NCBI GenBank assembly: GCA_964411615.1
Contig: CAYPLO010000003.1
Coordinates: 30,921-67,831 of the forward strand
Length of the DNA: 36,911 bases
DNA from: an uncultured Aquificales bacterium
GTDB lineage: Bacteria; Thermosulfidibacterota; Thermosulfidibacteria; Thermosulfidibacterales; Thermosulfidibacteraceae
Direction: 5' to 3'
In this document: in pieces, positions 1 through 8,549 of the stretch
Numbering within the stretch: the first letter of the stretch is position 1
Layout of the letters: every line of letters begins with the position of its first letter
Made by a program: the position numbers and the translations under genes
The notes under the pieces: model-generated
What the model saw: the letters and a program-made list of their open reading frames with translations, nothing else
Database searches by the model: none
Told to the model about the DNA's origin: nothing

Positions 1-966
1 TTCAAGGTGTTCTCCCTGCGCAGGTTCCGAGACAGACCCTTCAGAATCGTAATAGACGTCCTTAAGCCTGCCGAAGAGATAAAAAGGTCTATGGAAAGGA
101 GAGTGGAAGAGGGACGAATGGCCAAGAGCCATCACAAGTACGTGCTCGTCATAGACCCCGGACATGGGGGAAGCGACCCGGGAGCCATGGGGCTTTTCGG
201 CCTTGTGGAGAAGGACATTGTGCTGGATATAGCCAGAAGAACGGTAAGGTACTGCAACAGGTCGGGAAACATAAGGGCTTTCCTGACCAGAACGGGGGAC
301 TACTACATATCGCTGAAAAAGAGGGTGGAGATAGCCCACGATTACGGAGCAGACCTCTTCATAAGTGTCCACTCCAACAAGGCTCCCTCCAGCAAACTCT
401 CAGGGGTCATGGCCTTCACCCTGTCAACCAGGGGGGTGAGAACGGGACTTGCCAGGATGCTTGAGGATATAGAGAACGCAGAGGAAGTTGTGAGCGACAT
501 TAAACTATCCAGAAGGGACAAGGGACTCAGCCACAAGGTTCTCAAGGTGGCCTATGACTACTCGGTTACCGAGGGCAAAAGGGCAGCATCCCTAATAACG
601 GAATACATCTCCTACGTGTCCAAGATGAAGAACAGAGGACTCAGGCAGGCGTCCCTCAAGGTGTTGAAGAATCCGGGAATACCATCTCTGTTGCTGGAGA
701 TAGGATTTCTCTCAAACTACAGCGATGCCCAAAAACTCAAGAGCCCGTACTACAGGGATAGAATAGCCTACGGTATATGCGAAGGGGTCAAGGCCTTCTT
801 CGCCTACAAGGACAGGCTTAAAAAGAAGAAGGTCTACGTGGTGAAGAAGGGGGACTCTCTCTGGAAGATAGCAAGGATGCATAAAGTGAGTCTTAGTGAA
901 CTCAAAAAGGCCAACAATCTCAAAAGCCCCAGGCTATACCCGGGGATGAAGCTCCTCATCCCCTGA
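1..966 (+). CDS. N-acetylmuramoyl-L-alanine amidase (Amidase_3) with C-terminal LysM; 5' end lies outside the window
   Basis: Frame is open from base 1. It has an AMIN-like tail (PFRIVIDV), Amidase_3 motifs VIDPGHGGSDPG, EKD, LFISVHSN and LLEIGFLSN, and a LysM domain (YVVKKGDSLWKIA...LYPGMKLLIP). Confidence 0.9.
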   Translation, partial: FKVFSLRRFRDRPFRIVIDVLKPAEEIKRSMERRVEEGRMAKSHHKYVLVIDPGHGGSDPGAMGLFGLVEKDIVLDIARRTVRYCNRSGNIRAFLTRTGDYYISLKKRVEIAHDYGADLFISVHSNKAPSSKLSGVMAFTLSTRGVRTGLARMLEDIENAEEVVSDIKLSRRDKGLSHKVLKVAYDYSVTEGKRAASLITEYISYVSKMKNRGLRQASLKVLKNPGIPSLLLEIGFLSNYSDAQKLKSPYYRDRIAYGICEGVKAFFAYKDRLKKKKVYVVKKGDSLWKIARMHKVSLSELKKANNLKSPRLYPGMKLLIP

Positions 967-977
967 AGGAGAAGGTT

Positions 978-1838
978 ATGAGGGAGAAGGTTATAAGCAG
1001 ACTCAAGAACGTGAAGGAGTTGCCGAGCTTCCCAGCCGTGGCCCATGAGGTGCTGTCAATGGTCCAGAGGGACGACTTCTCCTTCAAGGACCTGAAGAAT
1101 GCCATAGAGAAGGACCCGGCCCTGGCGGTTAAGGTCCTGAAGGTGGCAAACTCCTTCGCCTTCAACCCCTACGGTAAGGAGATAACCTCCCTTGACAGGG
1201 CCATAGCACAGCTGGGTGTGAGGAACCTGGTGCCCATAGTGGTGGGACTGAGTGCCATAAAACTGTCTGAAAAGGTTGGTGGAAAGTTTGACAAAGACCT
1301 GTTTTGGAAGCACTCCTACACATGTGCCCACATAGCGAGGAGGCTGGCAAAAAGATTTGGACTTTCCGACTCCGAAGCCTTCACAGCCGGACTCCTTCAC
1401 GATGTGGGAAAGCTGGTCTTATACACCCTCTTTCCTGAGGAGTACGAGAAGGCCCTTGAGATAGCGGAAGAGAAGGGGCTCATGTCGGTGGACGCTGAGA
1501 TGGAGGTCTTTGGAATAGACCACGGAGAGGTGGGGGAGATAATGACCAGGCTCTGGAAGCTTCCCAGACTGATAGGTGAGTGCACAAGGTTCCACCATAA
1601 CCCCTCACAGGCCCAGCTGTACCCGAAAGAGGCTGCACTTATAAGGGTGGCTGACCTGTTCTCAAGGGCCACAGGAGCATACTTCAACAGGGACAGCAAA
1701 GGCATCCTGATAACGGAGGATGAGGGATGGAAGATTCTCTCCCAGGGCAGGGAGGACATAGAGGAGCTTCTGGCCCCCATCTTAGACGATGTGGAAGATG
1801 CCATCCAGTTCGCAGAGATTGCGTGGGGTAGGGTATGA
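978..1838 (+). CDS. HDOD domain protein
   Basis: Motifs LPSFP, IEKDPALAVKVLKVANS, FWKHS, AGLLHDVGKL, DHGEVG...WKLP and FHH; GGAG RBS upstream. Confidence 0.9.
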   Translation: MREKVISRLKNVKELPSFPAVAHEVLSMVQRDDFSFKDLKNAIEKDPALAVKVLKVANSFAFNPYGKEITSLDRAIAQLGVRNLVPIVVGLSAIKLSEKVGGKFDKDLFWKHSYTCAHIARRLAKRFGLSDSEAFTAGLLHDVGKLVLYTLFPEEYEKALEIAEEKGLMSVDAEMEVFGIDHGEVGEIMTRLWKLPRLIGECTRFHHNPSQAQLYPKEAALIRVADLFSRATGAYFNRDSKGILITEDEGWKILSQGREDIEELLAPILDDVEDAIQFAEIAWGRV

Positions 1839-2644
1839 TAGACAGGGAACTACAGGAGATAGCAAAAATCGTTTATCAGAAGAGCGGCATATACCTGCAG
1901 AGGAAGGACTGGGACAAGATAAAGAAGTTTGTTGAGAAGAAGATAGAACAGAAAGAGGCGAGAAGTGTCAAAGATATAACCTCAAAGCTCTCCGTATCAA
2001 GGGCCCTCATAAACGAGCTTCTGGATGCGGTGACCATAAACGAGACCTACTTTTTCAGGCATAAGTCCCAGTTTGACGTTATGGAAAGGGAGATACTTCC
2101 CAATCTGTTCAGGGAGAAGGCCGCTGTCAGACTATGGAGCGCCGCCTGCTCAACGGGGGAGGAACCGTACACCATGGCCATAGTGGCCAGGATGGTGATG
2201 GAAAAGCTCAAAACAACGAGAACTGTCAGGATAATAGCCAACGACATAAGCCAGGAGGCACTCCAGAAGGCTAAGGAGGGAGTTTACGACAGCTACTCTG
2301 TAAGGTACGTTCCCAGAGAGCTGTTGAGCAGGTTCTTCACGAAACGGCCCGATGGTAAGTACCAGATATCCCCTGAAATAAAAAGGATGGTTGACTTCAA
2401 GCTTCTCAGCATAACAGATGAGAGGGATATGAGAAGTATAGGCAACCGGATAGATGTGGCCATGTGCAGAAATGTTCTCATATACTTTGACCAGCAGGCG
2501 AAGAAGAAAGCCCTTGAGCTCATAACGGGGAACCTCAACAGGGGAGGGTACCTGTTCTTAGGCCCCTCCGAGTCGGCCAGAGGCCTGGTTCCCAATCTCA
2601 AGATTGTGCTCTTTCCCGGTGCGATAGCCTACATGAAGGAGTAA
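1835..2644 (+). CDS. cheR: CheR-type protein-glutamate O-methyltransferase
   Basis: Motifs TINETYFFR, WSAACSTGEEPYT, DIS, CRNVLIYF and GGYLFLGPSES; ATGA overlap with the HDOD gene. Confidence 0.9.
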   Translation: MIDRELQEIAKIVYQKSGIYLQRKDWDKIKKFVEKKIEQKEARSVKDITSKLSVSRALINELLDAVTINETYFFRHKSQFDVMEREILPNLFREKAAVRLWSAACSTGEEPYTMAIVARMVMEKLKTTRTVRIIANDISQEALQKAKEGVYDSYSVRYVPRELLSRFFTKRPDGKYQISPEIKRMVDFKLLSITDERDMRSIGNRIDVAMCRNVLIYFDQQAKKKALELITGNLNRGGYLFLGPSESARGLVPNLKIVLFPGAIAYMKE

Positions 2645-2646
2645 TC

Positions 2647-3348
2647 ATGGTTAAGGCCATCAGCTTTGACTTCTGGGAGAGTCTATTCGGGTTTGTTAGT
2701 GAAGATGTGTTGAGCAGAGTGAGAGGGGAGAGAACAAAACTGCTGGCTGAGCTTCTCAACAGGCCTGTTGAAGAGGTGGACAGATACTATACGGAAGCCG
2801 CCGTTGAGCTCTCCCAATGGAGGGAGAGAACGGGCTTTGAGTTCTCCGTGAGGGACCTCATGAGCAGATTTCTGCAGAAGGCCAATGCCCCTGAAGAGCT
2901 GGTGGATAGGTGCTGTGAGATATTCACAGAGGCCATAAGGAAGCATTTCCCGGGCCCAAATCCCGGAGCCGCCGATGTGGTGAAGGAACTCCACAGCATG
3001 GGGCTTAAGCTTGCGATAACTTCAAACACCATACACGGAACCTTGGAGGAGGAGCTTCTGAAGGAATGGGGGCTTGACAGGTACTTCTGCGTGAAGGCCC
3101 TTTCCTGCAGATTAGGGGTGAGAAAGCCCAGAAGGGAGATATTCTCCTGGGTGGCCCTGAGGCTCGGAGTCAATCCGTCCTCCGTACTTCACATAGGGGA
3201 CGACCCGGAGGCGGATGTGGAAGGTGCCCTGAAAGCCGGCTTCTGGAGCGGATACTACGTGAAGCCCGGGAAATCCCCTGTGGATAAGGCCCATATAAAC
3301 GTGACACACTGGAGCCAGCTTCCCCAGCTGATAGGAGAGCTGATGTGA
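2647..3348 (+). CDS. HAD-superfamily hydrolase (subfamily IA)
   Basis: Motif I ISFDFWES, motif II ITSN, motif III RKP, motif IV HIGDDPEADVEGA. Confidence 0.85.
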   Translation: MVKAISFDFWESLFGFVSEDVLSRVRGERTKLLAELLNRPVEEVDRYYTEAAVELSQWRERTGFEFSVRDLMSRFLQKANAPEELVDRCCEIFTEAIRKHFPGPNPGAADVVKELHSMGLKLAITSNTIHGTLEEELLKEWGLDRYFCVKALSCRLGVRKPRREIFSWVALRLGVNPSSVLHIGDDPEADVEGALKAGFWSGYYVKPGKSPVDKAHINVTHWSQLPQLIGELM

Positions 3349-4163
3349 GGCTTAAGGATATAGACATAGTGGTCTTTGATACAGAGACCACGGGCCTTTC
3401 CGCAGACTCATACATCGTGGAGATAGGGGCAGTGAAGCTCAGAGGGGGCAGGATAGTGGACACCTTTTCCCAGTTCGTAAGACCGCCCCTTCCCATCCCA
3501 AGGGATGTTGTGAAGGTGCACGGCATAACCGACGGTATGGTCAGAGACGCCCCATCCTTCCCCAAGGTATTTAGAAGATTCAGCTCCTTTATAAAGGGAG
3601 CCCTTCTTGTAGCCCACAACGCCCCCTTCGACATGAAGATTATGGCCTCAAACATAATAAGGGCGGAAGAGGAGTTGCCCGACAATCCCGTAATAGACAC
3701 CTGCAACGCCCTCAGGAGGCTCTTTCCGAACATGCCCTCCTACTCCCTGAAGTATCTGGCAAGAAGCTGGAGGAGTCCTTACGGAGGCTTCCACAGGGCC
3801 CTTCAGGATGCCAAACACACCGCCTACATACTCTACCTCTCACTGGAAAAGTGTGGAATTACAGGGGATAGCAGCGTTGAGGAGTTTCTCAAGCTGTACG
3901 GACCCCCCATATACTTCTCGCAGTTTGAGAGGGTTATCAGCATCCAAACGCCAAAGGATGCCTTTGAGACCATAGTCAGGGCCATAGACACCGACAGATA
4001 CTTGGAAATACTATACGAAAACGGCAGGGAGTTGAAAACGAGGGTTGTTCCCCTTAATCTATTTAACAAGCACAACAGGTGGTATCTCAGGGCCATCTTC
4101 CTCGCAGACGACAGGGAGAGGGTTCTGAGGCTGGACAGGATAAAGAGGGTGAGGCTGGTGTAA
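3345..4163 (+). CDS. DEDDh (DnaQ/epsilon-like) 3'-5' exonuclease fused to a C-terminal WYL domain
   Basis: ExoI VFDTETTG, ExoII AHNAPFD, ExoIII HRALQDA. The C-terminal ~70 aa (LEILYENG...RVVPLNL...RWYLRA...RVLRLDRI) match the WYL pattern. GTG start overlaps the HAD stop. Confidence 0.85.
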   Translation: MRLKDIDIVVFDTETTGLSADSYIVEIGAVKLRGGRIVDTFSQFVRPPLPIPRDVVKVHGITDGMVRDAPSFPKVFRRFSSFIKGALLVAHNAPFDMKIMASNIIRAEEELPDNPVIDTCNALRRLFPNMPSYSLKYLARSWRSPYGGFHRALQDAKHTAYILYLSLEKCGITGDSSVEEFLKLYGPPIYFSQFERVISIQTPKDAFETIVRAIDTDRYLEILYENGRELKTRVVPLNLFNKHNRWYLRAIFLADDRERVLRLDRIKRVRLV

Positions 4164-4165
4164 AG

Positions 4166-5014
4166 ATGGGCAGGCTGGAGTTAGGGAAACCGATTCTTCT
4201 GGGAAATATGCTGCTGGTTCCCGTACTGGGTGATGATGGATGCGTGGAGGTTCTCACGGTTGAGGAGGGTATATCAAGAGGGGCACAGGTAAAGGAGACG
4301 GGAGACATAAACAGCGTTATCGTTGAGAACCCGCTGGAAGAAGAGATATTCATAATGGACGGAGAGGAGCTGATAGGGGCAAGACAGGACAGGATAAGTG
4401 CGGTATCTGCGGTGATAGAGCCCAAAAGAAGCGAGAGGTTGGAGGTATTCTGTGTAGAGAAGGGAAGGTGGGAGGGGGAAGCCCCCTTCTCTTCGGGATT
4501 CACCGCCTTTCCCAGGCTCAGGATGACACTCTCATTCTCCAGAGACCGTAAATCCCTCCAGGAGACGGTATGGAACCTGATAGATACAAAATTAAGAACC
4601 CTGAAGGTATCATCCACAACCATGTCCCTCCATCACAGCTTCGTCGAAAGAGAAAAGGAACTTTCCATGTACACGTGCTGGGAACCACCAGAAGATACGG
4701 TGGGGATTATGGCATTCTCAAACAGGGGATTTCTGTGCTGCGATGTGTTCGGCACCCGGGGCCTCTTCTCAAAGCTCAGGGACAAGGTGGTGAAGGGATA
4801 CGCCCTGGACGCCCTTGAAGACAGAATCAGGGGACGTTCCTTCAGTATAGATATGCACAGTGTATCTAAGGTGTGGAGGGAGATTGAAAGGGCCCTGGAT
4901 AGAATCGGCAAGGAGGAGGGCAGGGAGAACAGACTGTCAACCTCCAAGATAAGGGGCAAGTTCCTGAAGCACAGGGGCTCCGTCCTTCATGCCACCTTCT
5001 TCCCCTCCAGATGA
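4166..5014 (+). CDS. ARPP-1 / DUF6569 family protein
   Basis: Recognised from motifs FIMDGEELIGARQDRI, VFCVEKGRW and QETVW. Start moved from 4079 to the ATG at 4166, 2 nt after the upstream stop. Confidence 0.7.
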   Translation: MGRLELGKPILLGNMLLVPVLGDDGCVEVLTVEEGISRGAQVKETGDINSVIVENPLEEEIFIMDGEELIGARQDRISAVSAVIEPKRSERLEVFCVEKGRWEGEAPFSSGFTAFPRLRMTLSFSRDRKSLQETVWNLIDTKLRTLKVSSTTMSLHHSFVEREKELSMYTCWEPPEDTVGIMAFSNRGFLCCDVFGTRGLFSKLRDKVVKGYALDALEDRIRGRSFSIDMHSVSKVWREIERALDRIGKEEGRENRLSTSKIRGKFLKHRGSVLHATFFPSR

Positions 5015-7617
5015 AGGGTATCCCCTTAGGCAGGTACCTTCTCAAAAAGTGGCTGGGCGGTGGCAGATTCGGTGATGTGTACCTGGCGGAGGATACCCTC
5101 TTAGGCAAAGATTTCGCCGTAAAGGTTATAAGGGTCAATCCATCCTCCTTAGACCAGATATTGGAAGAGGCAAGGGTGCTCTCCGAGCTTAACCACCCCA
5201 ACATCGTGAGATTCCACACGGTAGACATGGTGGAAGACCGATTGATAATAGTTATGGAGTATGTAGAGGGAACTTCCCTGAGAAAGGTCATAGAGCGTGA
5301 GTCTCCCATGTCACAGGAGAGAACGGTCTTTTTAATGCAGCAGATTCTCAATGCGTTACACCACGCACACAGCATAGGCATAGTCCATAGGGATGTGAAA
5401 CCGGAAAATATCATTTTAACCAATGATGGAACCATAAAGATTCTTGATTTTGGTCTGGCTAAAATCTTTGAGGAAGACCTGTCCATGAGCATGGGAGGAA
5501 CCCCTCTATACATGGCTCCAGAGGCGTGGAAAGGAGACTTCTCACCCCTGTCAGACCAGTGGAGCTGCGGGGTCATCCTGTACGAGATGCTATCCGGAAG
5601 GCACCCATTCAGGGCCGACAACCTTGACGAATTGATAAAAAATATAAATAAGCCTGCCCTTCTTCCCCAGACGAGCAGTGCCGATGATAGATTGAGACAA
5701 GCAATAGAAAGGGCCACATCTCCAGAGCCAGCGGAAAGATTTGAAAACTGTATGGAATTCTCAAAGGCCATAGAGCTTGAACGGGGTAGGGTGGTGATTC
5801 TGCCGGTGTCCACCCATCCAAAGAAGATAGATATCATAAATAATCTGACCGAGGAACAGAAGGAAGCGGTCTTTGAGGAGAGACGCAACGTTCTTCTCAT
5901 AGGTGGTCCCGGCACAGGTAAGACACACACCCTAATGGCACGGGCCCTTCACCTGATAAAGAACAGAGGAATTCCTCCATCAAAGATACTTATAACAACC
6001 TTCAGCATCAGGGGATGCAAGGAGATAGAGGCGAGGCTGCAAAAACACATAGGCAGCAGAGTGGAGGATATATGGATAGGCAACCTGCATCAGATAACCA
6101 TTAGGATACTGAGCAGATTCGGTCACCTGATAGGGATAAGGGAAGACTTCTCCGTTATACCACCGTCTCAGAGAAGGCAACTCACACAGAAATTGGCAAA
6201 GAGACTGACAAGTAGGGTCAGGGCTTCGGATACGGTGGTATCGGATATACTCAACAGGTTCCACAGGGCCAGAGCCAGCCTAATGGGGAAAGAGGAGTTT
6301 CTTGAAAGCTCATCGGGCAGATGGAGGGATATGCTGTCCGAATTCTGGGATGCCTATACGGACACGGTAAGAGGTGAAGGGGTTCTGGACTACGACGACC
6401 TGATTTACTACTGCGCCATGCTCTTCAAGGAGTACCCTGAAACTGCAGAGTTTTACAGGGACAGGATTGAGTATCTGCTGATAGACGAGGCCCAGGACCT
6501 GAACACCGCCCAGATATTCATCCTTGAAACCCTGGGCAGGGACAAGAGGCTCTTCGTTACAGGGGACGATGACCAGTCCATATACCAGTGGAGGGGGGGA
6601 AGGCCCGACTATCTGCTAAAGCTCAGAGAAGACCCATCGTTTAAGACGGTGAAGCTCACCAAGAGTTTCCGACTACCACAGCAGATAAGGGACGCCGCAT
6701 TCAACCTCATACAGTTCAACTCAAGGCGAATACCCAAGCTCTTCTGGACCTCCAAGGAAGGAGAAGGGTTCTACATAGATGTGAGGGCCCTCAACACACC
6801 TCAAGACGAGGCGGAGTTCGTATGCGATATCATAGATATACTGAGGATGAAGGAAGGCTACAGCTACAGCGACTTCTGCATCCTATACAGGACCAACGCC
6901 CGGGGGAGGCTCTTTGAGCAGGTCCTGAAAAGAAGGGGAGTCCCGTTCTCCTTCCAGTTCGGAAAAAGCCTCTACAAAAGGGAGGAGGTTCAGCTTGCCA
7001 TAGACCTTCTGAAGTATGCGGCAAAGCCCGGGCCGGGGATACTGAGGAGGATTAAGAACAGAAGCCATGTGTTGGGAATCCCTCCTGCACAATGCGAAGG
7101 CAACGAGGTATTCCGGAAGTTGCTTGAGGATGTGGCGGCCTGCAAAGGCCCATCTGAGGTACTTTCCGTCCTTGTGGAAACCCTGGGGAAAGGGGCAAAC
7201 AGTCTGGAGGAAGAGGGACTGGTGAGACTAAACTCCATAGAGGAGCTCTTGAAACAGGCAAGGGATTTTGAGGAGAGGAGCAAAAGGGGAACCATCTCCG
7301 CATTCCTCAATTACGTTAAGTTCCTTGTGGACTCTGGCCTTGCCGAAGAGGATGAGGGGGTAAGACTGCTCTCAGTTCACGCATCAAAGGGCTTAGAATT
7401 CCCTGTGGTTTTTCTGGTGGGAATGGTGGAGGGTGAATTTCCACTCTCCAAGGTGATGGGTGTAGAGGAGGAGATGGAGGAGGAAAGGCGCCTGTGCTAC
7501 ACGGCCATAACCAGGGCCACCCAGAAGTTGTTCATTACCTATTATAGATTTTCGTCACGCTACACGAGATTTGAAGAGAAGCCCTCCCGATTTCTCAAAG
7601 AGATGTTAGGTATTTAG
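5011..7617 (+). CDS. Hanks-type Ser/Thr protein kinase fused to a UvrD/PcrA-like SF1A helicase
   Basis: Kinase motifs GGGRFGDVY, AVKVI, HRDVKPENI, DFG, GTPLYMAPE and DQWSCG. Helicase motifs LTEEQKEAV, GGPGTGKT, IDEAQD, GDDDQSIYQWRG, LYRTNA, VHASKGLEFP and EERRLCYTAITRA. Single 868-aa ORF with ATGA overlap to the upstream gene. Confidence 0.9.
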   Translation: MKGIPLGRYLLKKWLGGGRFGDVYLAEDTLLGKDFAVKVIRVNPSSLDQILEEARVLSELNHPNIVRFHTVDMVEDRLIIVMEYVEGTSLRKVIERESPMSQERTVFLMQQILNALHHAHSIGIVHRDVKPENIILTNDGTIKILDFGLAKIFEEDLSMSMGGTPLYMAPEAWKGDFSPLSDQWSCGVILYEMLSGRHPFRADNLDELIKNINKPALLPQTSSADDRLRQAIERATSPEPAERFENCMEFSKAIELERGRVVILPVSTHPKKIDIINNLTEEQKEAVFEERRNVLLIGGPGTGKTHTLMARALHLIKNRGIPPSKILITTFSIRGCKEIEARLQKHIGSRVEDIWIGNLHQITIRILSRFGHLIGIREDFSVIPPSQRRQLTQKLAKRLTSRVRASDTVVSDILNRFHRARASLMGKEEFLESSSGRWRDMLSEFWDAYTDTVRGEGVLDYDDLIYYCAMLFKEYPETAEFYRDRIEYLLIDEAQDLNTAQIFILETLGRDKRLFVTGDDDQSIYQWRGGRPDYLLKLREDPSFKTVKLTKSFRLPQQIRDAAFNLIQFNSRRIPKLFWTSKEGEGFYIDVRALNTPQDEAEFVCDIIDILRMKEGYSYSDFCILYRTNARGRLFEQVLKRRGVPFSFQFGKSLYKREEVQLAIDLLKYAAKPGPGILRRIKNRSHVLGIPPAQCEGNEVFRKLLEDVAACKGPSEVLSVLVETLGKGANSLEEEGLVRLNSIEELLKQARDFEERSKRGTISAFLNYVKFLVDSGLAEEDEGVRLLSVHASKGLEFPVVFLVGMVEGEFPLSKVMGVEEEMEEERRLCYTAITRATQKLFITYYRFSSRYTRFEEKPSRFLKEMLGI

Positions 7618-7671
7618 AAGCATCCCCGCATCCGCAATCCCCAGTGTGAGCATCAAACCACCGCACTTTAA

Positions 7672-7751
7672 CAAACTTTGGCCTATAAGGGTTAACAGCA
7701 TAAGCTACTGGTTTATAGCGATGTTTACTAAACTGAGACCCGCAAACTTTG
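7672..7751. repeat. Two copies of the interrupted palindrome CAAACTTTG (7672-7680 and 7743-7751)
   Basis: Read directly from the sequence; the second copy abuts the XerC arm of dif. Confidence 0.5.
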
Positions 7752-7779
7752 ATGCATGATAATGTATATTATGTAAAAT
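7752..7779 (+). other. dif: dif site (XerC/XerD chromosome dimer resolution site)
   Basis: ATGCATGATAA-TGTATA-TTATGTAAAAT compared with E. coli GGTGCGCATAA-TGTATA-TTATGTTAAAT: identical 6-bp centre, XerD arm 10/11, ATAA end of the XerC arm conserved. Intergenic, between convergent gene runs. Confidence 0.88.
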
Positions 7780-7823
7780 AATGGGACCGATAGCCCAAAG
7801 CGCTCACGCTCTCCCACACAAAT

Positions 7824-8549
7824 CTACACCCCTCTTGGCCTGTCCCAGAAAAACAACCGGTGAAGCTGGGGAAGGAACCTGAGCCTGAAATTCAATTCCT
7901 CCCTATTCACGGCCCTCTGCCATTCTATAGTCCAGCTCCACATATCGGCACAAAGGCCAATGTAGTGGTCAAGGTCAGAAACCAGCTCAGAGTTGGGCTG
8001 CACAAAGACATCCAGCCCCTCCACCCCACCCTCAGCCAAAACCCTCAACAACCCGACAACCTCCTTAAGGTCATCAAAAGAAGAGACCACCAGCTTCAGA
8101 TAAACCTTGTCTCTAAACTTTTGGGCTATTGATAAAACAATGTTAAAATCAATCATTGCCTTTGCAAATGAACTCAGCTTCGGAGAGAGGGATATAAGGT
8201 CGATTACATTGAGCAAATCTATAATTTTGTCGCTAACCACAGAGCCGTTGGTCTCTATAGTTATAGGCTTGGTAAATGACGCCTCCCTCAGCCTTACCAC
8301 AAGCTCAAGCAGGGCCTCAGCCTGAAGGGTGGGTTCTCCCCCCGTTACGACCAATGGGAGGTTATGGGAAACTACAAGGTCACACAGATAGTCCAGGTCC
8401 AGCCACTCACCCTCATCCCAGGAGTATCGGGTATCACAGAAGGGACATCTGAGATTGCATCCGGAAAGTCTCAAAAAGAGGGAGGGCTCCCCTACCCTGA
8501 GCCCCTCCCCCTGCAAAGAGACAAAGGTCTCACATACCTTTAATCTCAC
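7824..8549 (-). CDS. queE: 7-carboxy-7-deazaguanine synthase (radical SAM)
   Basis: Motifs ETFVSLQGEG, FLRLSGCNLRCPFCDT, TGGEP, IETNG, LSPK and LPQLH. Confidence 0.85.
   Translation of the reverse strand: MRLKVCETFVSLQGEGLRVGEPSLFLRLSGCNLRCPFCDTRYSWDEGEWLDLDYLCDLVVSHNLPLVVTGGEPTLQAEALLELVVRLREASFTKPITIETNGSVVSDKIIDLLNVIDLISLSPKLSSFAKAMIDFNIVLSIAQKFRDKVYLKLVVSSFDDLKEVVGLLRVLAEGGVEGLDVFVQPNSELVSDLDHYIGLCADMWSWTIEWQRAVNREELNFRLRFLPQLHRLFFWDRPRGV

Noticed and set aside
4866..5930. 354-aa ORF on the - strand
   Set aside because: Antisense shadow of the kinase gene, with no recognisable motifs.
7694..7720. Possible second degenerate dif site (GCATAA...TTATAG)
   Set aside because: The spacer is 9 bp and the arms do not match, so a dif-flanked cassette is not supported.
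7618..7823. CRISPR array or leader in the AT-rich gap
   Set aside because: No regularly spaced 23-47-bp repeats and no cas genes.
1745..8510. KOPS-like GGGNAGGG octamers pointing to dif (1745, 1826, 4918, 5784 and 6534 on +; 8490 on -)
   Set aside because: Confounded by the purine-rich coding strand, and counter-oriented copies exist right of dif (for example near 10414 and 19038); needs a genome-wide count.
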